This document shows positions 56,175 to 64,000 of a DNA stretch of 64,000 bases, piece after piece. Each line of letters starts with the position of its first letter. Position 1 is the first letter of the stretch. The position numbers and the translations under genes are program-made. The stretch is from contig OX597829.1 of assembly GCA_951406725.2 (NCBI GenBank), positions 124,001-188,000 on the forward strand. The letters run 5' to 3'. The notes beneath the pieces are model-generated. The model was not told where the DNA came from. It saw nothing but the letters and a program-made list of their open reading frames with translations, and did not search any database. Source of the stretch: Octopus vulgaris (taxonomy: Eukaryota).

Positions 56175-56435
56175 TGGGAATCTGGTGGACGAGGCATGAG
56201 GACAGATGCATTCCTCTTTGATACATTCCGTTAGAAAGGGAAAGTGAAGGTGTAGAGGAAGATGTTTGTTCTCGAGTGAATTTACTGAAAGGTGGACGAA
56301 AGTTGCAAAAATGGCGAGAGTACCGCTCTAAGTATAGATATGTGGATCGGAGATGGGATTTAGAGAAGGTACTTGTCCTTGGTTTACAAGGAGATCTTGG
56401 ACGATGGGGTTCCTCGATTATCCCTAGAGGTCCCT
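56175..56435 (+). mobile_element. Probable L1/Tx1-type LINE 3' end
   Basis: Broken frames give IWWTR..KVKV*RK / CLFSSEFTERWTKVAKMARV, recalled as a Tx1-like C-terminus. Confidence 0.45.
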
Positions 56436-57009
56436 AGAGGAGGACCACATCACTATCATTTTTTCTTACTATTGTGTAACTATGCATACATCTGTTTATT
56501 GCATACTGTATATACTTATTTCGTTCTATAATTTCCTTATATGTAAACGCGTCTGTGTGTGTGTGTGTTTGTGCGCACATACACACGCATACACATACAC
56601 TTACACACGCGCACATTATATATGCGTACTCACATACAGATATGTGAATACATATGCGCATACGTGCAGACACACTTATACACACGCATCAGACTACGCT
56701 CACATACCCGTATCTAATAACAAATTGTCTCAGCTTTACATTATTCAAAATGTCATGGCTGCTGAGCTCAAACCATCGTCAGATGTGCAGAACCAGAGTG
56801 GAGAGAATCTGAAAGAAATTTAAAATGACTTCCAGGTGAGAATATTTAGGCCTTCGTGGGTTTACTCGAATGCTTTAGCGACAACAGTTCTTTCATTACA
56901 TACTTCTGGTGGTTGAGTAGATTTCGGTATCCGGTAGAATCAGATATCAGTCGGTATCCGGTAGAAAGCTGCTGCTGCGCATGATGATGATTAAGGATAT
57001 CCTGAGTGT

Positions 57010-57304
57010 GGAGGCTCAAGGCCTAGTGGTTAGAGCAGCGGACTCGCGGGTTCGAATCTCAGACCGGACGGTGTGTGTGTTTATGAGCGAAACACCTAAG
57101 CTCCACGCGGCTCTGGCAGAAGGTAATGGCGAAACTTCTGCTGAGTCTTTTGCTACAACTTTCTCTCATTCTTTCCTCCTGCATCTTGCAGCTCATCTGC
57201 GACAGACCGGCATTCCGTCTAGGTGGGGAACCTATACGCCACAAAACCGGGAAACCGGCCCTTATGACCCAAGCATGGCTCGAGAAGGCACAAACAACAA
57301 AAAA
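57010..57304 (+). mobile_element. SINE family C variant with a different tail; 12-bp TSD ATATCCTGAGTG
   Basis: TSD at 56997-57008 and 57305-57316. Confidence 0.88.
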
Positions 57305-57512
57305 ATATCCTGAGTGAAGGTAAAGTTTGTAGAAGTCGTAGGTTCCAATGTTAGGATCTACCAGACAAATACAGCATGAAATTAATCTAAATCTTAATTA
57401 ACATTCTGAACATTTTAGTTATAAGATAAGCATTAAAAACAACAATAACATCAGCTACAACATCAACGTCATTAGCAACATTAACAATAAGATCAGCAAC
57501 ATCAACAGCAGT

Positions 57513-57905
57513 GGAGGCGCAATGATCCAATGGTTAGGGCAGTGGACTCGCGGTCGGAGGATCGCAGTTTCGATTGCCAGACCGGGCGTTGTGTGTGTTT
57601 ATTGAGCGAAAACACCTAAAGCTTCACGAGGCTCCGGCAGGGGGGTTGAGAGTGGCGACCCCTGTTGTACTCTTTCGCTCCAACTTTCTCTCACTCTTTC
57701 TTCCTGTTTCTTGTCCCCGACTTCCTATGCAAACGCTGAGCCTGGATGCGCATTCATCCATCCGTCGATTCTCTCGGTGTCGGGGGTTGATCTGCTTTCC
57801 CTTCTGCGGGTCTTACGAATAGCATAAGGACAACGTTTCGGACTTCACCCCCCCCCAATGGGACGAAGAGCGCTTTGCTCAACAAACAAACAAACAAACA
57901 AACAA
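57513..57905 (+). mobile_element. SINE family C, full length, (AAAC)n tail
   Basis: Family match. Confidence 0.92.
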
Positions 57906-58716
57906 GTATGAACATCATTATCAACATCGACAACATGCAGACTGTTCTATAAATAAAGTGTTTGCAAAGAAAAAAAAAAAGTAACTAATAACCCGAGTTT
58001 TATAGCAGAAAATAAAACGTAGCTCTGGTCTGGAATTACTGCTGTAAGAAACTTAAAATATATTCAGAAATCTGAGAGATAGATAGTTTCCACGACTAAA
58101 CAGTTGGTATAATCCATCTCATGAGCTTCCGTACACTATTTGTCCACTCAATTTTGCGCACAAGGATTACTATAGTAGAAGAACCTGGTCCACTGTGTTG
58201 CATATTAGGTTCGATCTCAGGGCCTAGCGGTTTGAAAAGAGAAAATATCTAAACTTTATGAATGTCTTTAAATTAAAGATATAAATTATCACCCCACGAA
58301 ACATATATAGAGCTCATTCTGTAAGTATTGCTGTTGCAGATCACCAGTAATTCTCTTAAATTCTAGGCATTATATGCAATTTACTGGAACTTTCTGGCTT
58401 GCTTGGACGACAGAATGCTTGGCAAACGATTCATTGTACACAACAAGTGAAGAATATATTGATTCTTCATTGAGATTTATGGCCAAACATTTACAGAGGT
58501 TGAGAAATGAGATACCATGATATAAGTGCCAGTAAAATTATGTAACGTCTTAAATACCGATGTCTAAAAAGTTAAATCATTGCCTCTCCCTTAGTAGTGT
58601 TGGGCAGATTGATGGAACAAATTAAATTCTACACTTCTTTTCGTCATGTGACAGGATATAAATTCAGTCTTGTAGGCCAAGAAATATCCATCAATTTTTT
58701 TATTGCTACCGCTCTT

Positions 58717-59126
58717 TCTTGTTTCTTTATTACCCACAAGGGGATAAACATACAGGGGACAAACAAGAACAGACAGAGGAATTAAGTCGATTACATGACC
58801 CCAGTGCGTAACTGGTACTTAATTTATCGACCCCGAAAGGATAAAAGGTAAAGTTGACCTCAGCGGAATTTGAACTCTGAACGTAACGGCAGACGAAATA
58901 CCTATTTCTTTACTACCCACAAGGGACTAAACACAGAGAGGACAAACAAGAACAGACAAAGGGATTAGGTCGATTATATCGACCCCAGTGCGTAACTGGT
59001 ACTTATTCAATCGACCCCGAAATGATGAAAGGCAAAGTTGACCTCGGCGGAATTTGAACTCAGAACGTAGCGGCAGACGAAATACTGCTAAGCATTTCGC
59101 CCGGCGTGCTAACGTTTCTGCCAGCT
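58717..59126 (-). mobile_element. SINE family B dimer
   Basis: Same junction as 21976-22382. Confidence 0.9.
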
Positions 59127-59145
59127 CTCATATATATATAGAGAG

Positions 59146-59201
59146 AGAGTCTGGTGAGGCGTCGACCAGGACTTTGTGGATGCGAAACCATTGGTCACTC
59201 T
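59146..59201 (+). ncRNA. Type I hammerhead motif, one core substitution (CUGGUGA)
   Basis: AGAGU-CUGGUGA-G-GCGUC..GAUGC-GAAA-CCA-U-UG-GUC|ACUCU. Confidence 0.7.
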
Positions 59202-59444
59202 AGGACCGGACATTAATCACTTTTAATTAATACACACACAAAGACACGCATATGTTTGCTATTTTATAATAATTACTGGTATCCTTATATATTAATATAT
59301 TTTATATCTTATATGTAAAGCATAATATGTTATATGTATGTATATTATTGTAATTTTCAGTCTAGTAAATATATATATAAGTTAACATAATATAATGTCT
59401 AAAAGTTGATGAACTACCTATTGATCCCCTCCATTTTCGTATTA

Positions 59445-59516
<72 letters not shown>

Positions 59517-59699
59517 GTTAAATACTTGAAATACGAGAGTAGAAAAACAGCCAACAACTAATGAAAGGTCGTTCATTATGTTGTTTGTCTTGTTTTCCAT
59601 TTGTGTCTTTCGTTGTTTGAATGAATAATTCATATTCCATGTACTCGTACTTCGTATTTTTGTTGTTGTACACGTTCCATGACGTCCTATGCCAACACA

Positions 59700-59752
<53 letters not shown>

Positions 59753-59879
59753 ACACACAAACACACACACACACACACACAGATATATATAGTTGAAATT
59801 TATAGAAAAACAAATAACGAAGACAGGATTATGAACAATAAGCAATTGTATTACTCTGAAGTGCGGGGAAAATGAAAGT

Positions 59880-59915
59880 CTTTTACGTTTTGAGCCTACG
59901 CTCTTCAGCAGAAAG
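59880..59915 (-). ncRNA. Degenerate type I hammerhead motif, two core substitutions
   Basis: CUUU-CUGCUGA-A-GAGC-GUAG-GCUC-AAAA-C-GUA|AAAG; same layout as 61015-61049. Confidence 0.5.
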
Positions 59916-60694
59916 GAGTAAGACAAAATAAACAGAGGGAGAATGAAAAAAACTGTATAGCGTTCAGCGGTCCAACATGGAGAATATATATAAATATATA
60001 TATTATCCTTTTCTTTACGTAACACAACCAAATCCGACAGCAAACCAGGTCCCTGCAAACGATGTTGATACATTGCAACAGACCAACACATCAACACATT
60101 ACATCTTATATGTGCATACACCTGACACATGCACATAGACAAACGTCAGATGTCAGTGCATTTACACATACACGGACACATACACACACATATAAAGAAG
60201 CTCACACATTACATACACGCAAATGCATTCAAACACACATTACATACACGCAAATGCATTCAAACACACACGCCAGATATGCAGGCATGCACGTGCGTGT
60301 GCACTCACATAAAGAAACCACAGTCACATAAACGAAATATTCTGTCCTAACACGTGGCTATAAGAACTGGAATACAGAATTGGAATTGGAATGTCGTTGC
60401 CAAATTAATAACATCGCGTGACCTGTGTTGACCGACAGAGACCCAGGAGTCATCTTGGACTCGCCTCAGTCGCTTACTACCAGCTTGACGAGAACTTTAG
60501 CTTGTTGCATGCAGTCGAACAAAACTGTTATTAAATGGTGTGTGTGAGTGTGTGCGTGTGAGTGCATGTGCATGTTTTTCAAGCTGAGAGGATGTAAACG
60601 TTAGTATATATATATATATATATATACATATATATGTATACATACATATTTATTTACATATATATTTACATATATATACATATATATATATATT

Positions 60695-60734
<40 letters not shown>

Positions 60735-60759
60735 AATATATATATATATGCATATACAG

Positions 60760-60797
<38 letters not shown>

Positions 60798-60897
60798 CAA
60801 GCATATATATATGTGTATATACATACATTTACATATATATATATACATGCATCCATCCATCCATCCATCCATCCATCCATCCATCCATCCATCCATC

Positions 60898-60938
<41 letters not shown>

Positions 60939-61014
60939 AATGTGACCACGTGTGCATCGTTGGCGATTTTTTTTTTCTTCCGTCTTCCCCTCCTTGGATC
61001 TTTCCTTTTCCTGT

Positions 61015-61049
61015 GTTTCTGACGAAGAGCTCCGCTCGAAACGTTAAAC
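61015..61049 (+). ncRNA. Minimal type I hammerhead motif, intact core, palindromic helix III
   Basis: GUUU-CUGACGA-A-GAGC-UCC-GCUC-GAAA-C-GUU|AAAC. Confidence 0.78.
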
Positions 61050-61159
61050 CCTCCTTCTTTCCTTCTTTCCTGAGCGTCCAATAATACTTGTTCCACGTCC
61101 TCGCGTTGTTGTGTTTTCTCTTTGTGTTTTCATGTTTGGATTAACTATATATATATCAG

Positions 61160-61845
61160 CCCTTTCACGCTTATTCGTTCATTCCACTCTTCGATCTTGC
61201 TTTCCCCCTCTCTCACATTTCCTTGCCGTCTATTCTTACTCACTTCCCCTCCACTTTTCACTTCACTGTGTCCCTGTCATTTTTTCTCGCCCCTCCTTAA
61301 TTCTTCTGTCCCTCTGCTTATACTTCTCTCTCTTCTTTTCCCACCTGACCGCCGTTCGGCCAAGCCTGTTCTTTTTATCTTGGTCTGACCGTCATGCATG
61401 CAACATCGATATTCTTCCATGTGTTTGTGGAATCCTTGTATCTCTGCCGTAAGGCTTCATTTCCACACGCGCCAGTTTAATTCAATTCGTCCTTAGTCGA
61501 AAGACACCTGTTGTTATGTTGTTATGTCCTGTTATTATTTTTATTGTATTTTTTATTGTATTTATATTTGTGTAACATTCTCCGTTTTTTCCGTCCTTGT
61601 CTTCGTATACATTCGCTGCTTTCTTCCAAGGAATCTAATGCTCTTAGCTTAGTTTTCCCTAGGAGCCGGTCAGATTGGAGCAATCTCAAGTATAATCAGC
61701 CGATATTGCGAAGATAATCTGGTATTTGACTGAGGAAAGAAAACTTCTAATAACCCATCCTATCGTCTATCTGGATGTTCTGTTGTTCCACTTTTGTTTC
61801 ACCTAACTGTCCGGATGTTTTGCGTTCTTGCCCCATTTTGTATTT
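61160..61845 (+). mobile_element. Probable PLE terminal-repeat fragment (family of 1000-1230 and 6760-7205)
   Basis: Sequence homology within the window; bounded by (TA)n and (CA)n. Confidence 0.6.
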
Positions 61846-61848
61846 TAT

Positions 61849-61899
<51 letters not shown>

Positions 61900-61900
61900 G

Positions 61901-62176
61901 ATAGGTGAGACTTCTAGGAGTATCAATGATAGGTTCAAAGAACACCTGGACAACTACATTGAAAAGAAACCAAACTCCATCTTCTATCAGCATGCTGTAG
62001 ACTGCCACAAGGGCTCCTTAGGGAGACTTGAGTTAAACATCTTATCCACACATCCCACTGATGCAATGCTGAGACAGGTCACGGAAGCTGTCTGTATACA
62101 AGAATACAAACCCACTCTCAACCGAAAATCCGAATGGGGTAACATCCAGATTCCACTCGGAAGTACCATTCTATAA
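61901..62176 (+). mobile_element. PLE GIY-YIG C-terminal half, open frame, absent from the ORF track
   Basis: IGETSRSINDRFKEHL..SIFYQHA..H..LRQVTEAVCIQEYKPTLNRKSEW; stop at 62174-62176. Confidence 0.88.
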
Positions 62177-62510
62177 CCACCCCTCTCTCTCTCTCATTTA
62201 CATGTAGTAATCCATGCATACATGTTGAAATGCATGGTACTAAAATATATATATGCAGTTATATATAACCGCACGAGCGTACATTGTTTGATACGTATGT
62301 AGGTATATGTAGATGTATATGTGTGTATACGTGTGTGTATGTGTTGTGTGTTGTGTATGTTAGTGTATAAGTATGTATATGCATGCACATATGTGTATGG
62401 GTAATATATATACGTATTATATATGTATGCATGTAAAAAAAAAGAATAAATAGAATAAAATAAAGCAAGTTCAAATTTTAAGCGTTGTCCTTGAAAAGAG
62501 TGTCATATAT

Positions 62511-62685
62511 ATGGTCAATGGCAAGAGAGGAAGAGGCCGACCAAGAACCCGCTAGCTTGACACCATCAGGAGTGATACCGGAATGGACATAGCCAATCTG
62601 AAGGAAGCGGCCCAGGATAGAACTGACTGGAGGACACTGATCCAACGAGTGACCGAGAGTCGACTTCGACTGAGCGGATAGAGAT
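62511..62685 (+). mobile_element. RTE/BovB-type LINE 3' end
   Basis: [44 protein letters not shown]. Confidence 0.85.
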
Positions 62686-62694
62686 ATGTATATG

Positions 62695-62750
<56 letters not shown>

Positions 62751-62753
62751 CAT

Positions 62754-62816
<63 letters not shown>

Positions 62817-62818
<2 letters not shown>

Positions 62819-63503
62819 AGTAGTTGAATGAATTATCTTATTATGGATAATTCGGTTAACCGATACCTGGGTAGCAAATTCACGTCAGAAAAACACGGTT
62901 GGAGCTACATGTCTAGAGCAGAGATCACGTGCTTTCGTGTGGAAATTTGTGTGTTTTTTTAATTACAAATAAATGAAAGAATGGAGTTGAACGACGAATT
63001 AACAAAATTCCTTTATTTTCGACATATGCTTCGAAGGCTGCATATTCCTAATTTCGAAGGAATAAGGGGTGCATTATGCCGCTTTCTCATCAGGAAAAAC
63101 AAGGAACTTATGTCAGCATCAAGATGCGCAAAAACTTTTAGATGACTGCCCACACGGAGCCCATAGCGATAATGATTGTTTCTTTAAAATATTCCGTTAT
63201 AAGCAGTGACGTCAAAAATGGTTGAATGTAGAAGATTCTAGAAGGTTCAAGGGTTCAAACAAGGTTGGAGGAGAGAGGCCTAAGAATAGGAAGGTGATAG
63301 GGTGCAGGTCATGTGAATGGTGATTTTATTGTTTTCTTTTGTGAATGAGTGCCTATGTGTGTGTATGTATATAACTGCATTAATGTCTATGTGTGTGTAT
63401 GTGTGTGTGATTGTGTGTGTGATTGGGTAGATGCCAAAAACAGACAGTGATGAAGTGACAGGTTTGTGTCTGTGTGTTTGATTGTGCTTACGATAGAGAG
63501 AGA

Positions 63504-63539
<36 letters not shown>

Positions 63540-64000
63540 GGTGAGGTAGAGAGACAAAGGTAAAACATACCTCAATGGATTGGATAGTAGCCCTTTAAGA
63601 GTATAAAAATTGACTATGGGGGTGATATATAAATAGGACTATATTATTAAAAGTTCAAGGAGGTTATCTATATTAATCATTATTCAAATGAGTGAAAGGT
63701 GTGTTTTTGCCAGTGCATGCACCTAAATGATTTCTCGACCATTGTATTTATTAAAGGGACTTTGGCGAACAATATATGGAAAAGTTCGGAATTACAGACG
63801 CCACAAAATTTTCTGCCCTTATCAAACGGAAAGGATACCGACAATATGGACCATTCCAGCCTGAAAGTTGTATTGCTGACCTTAAGACGCCAAACTAATT
63901 TACTTAGTCATGTGCTGTGTTGTTTTCTTTTATCTCGGAAAGTTGAATAATGATTGGAGATCCTGTGGGATAACTTAGAAGTAGTTGCCCCAATGTAGAA
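62817..64000 (-). mobile_element. Penelope-like element 3' portion: GIY-YIG at 63680-64000 with an in-frame TGA at 63908-63910, plus terminal repeat
   Basis: FYIGATTSKLSHRISNHYSTF..HST*LSKLVWRLK..WSIL..CGVCNSE..CMH; ends in (TA)n and runs off the window. Confidence 0.88.
63016..63098 (-). ncRNA. Type I hammerhead motif with extended stem II (GAAA changed to GAAG)
   Basis: UUUUC-CUGAUGA-GAAAGCGGCAUA..UAUGCAGCCUUC-GAAG-CAUAU-GUC|GAAAA, followed immediately by AAUAAA. Confidence 0.72.

Noticed and set aside
38315-56836. Isolated plus-strand donor sites (CAG|GTAAGA ~38394, CAG|GTGAGA ~56834; also a possible 18411-18444 mini-exon)
   Set aside because: No coherent coding chain; such sites are expected by chance in 64 kb.

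Overview
AT-rich, repeat-saturated animal DNA with no intact gene. It is most likely from an octopus: the tRNA-derived SINEs look like the OK/OR1/OR2-type families and microsatellite density is extreme, but this is inferred from recall, not a search. Almost every long ORF in the track is a translated microsatellite. The window holds three tRNA-headed SINE families (more than 30 copies) and LINE remnants of RTE/BovB, R4/Dong, CRE-like and probably L1/Tx1 type. It also holds four Penelope-like (PLE) GIY-YIG fragments, two Tc1/mariner relics, two Merlin-like MITEs with 8-bp TSDs and TTAGGG repeats, and a non-autonomous Helitron. The main signal not shown by the ORF track is a set of seven minimal type I hammerhead ribozyme motifs from at least five sequence families. 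Three have intact catalytic cores, and one of these sits inside a TIR-bounded MITE rather than a retroelement. Other points of note are SINE/LINE 3'-tail sharing and tail swapping, a twin-priming-like inversion in a PLE, a 356-bp TSD-flanked RTE-derived mini-element, and a Pbx/Hox/Meis motif cluster. There is also a speculative phase-compatible chain of minus-strand exons encoding a signal-peptide-like N-terminus.
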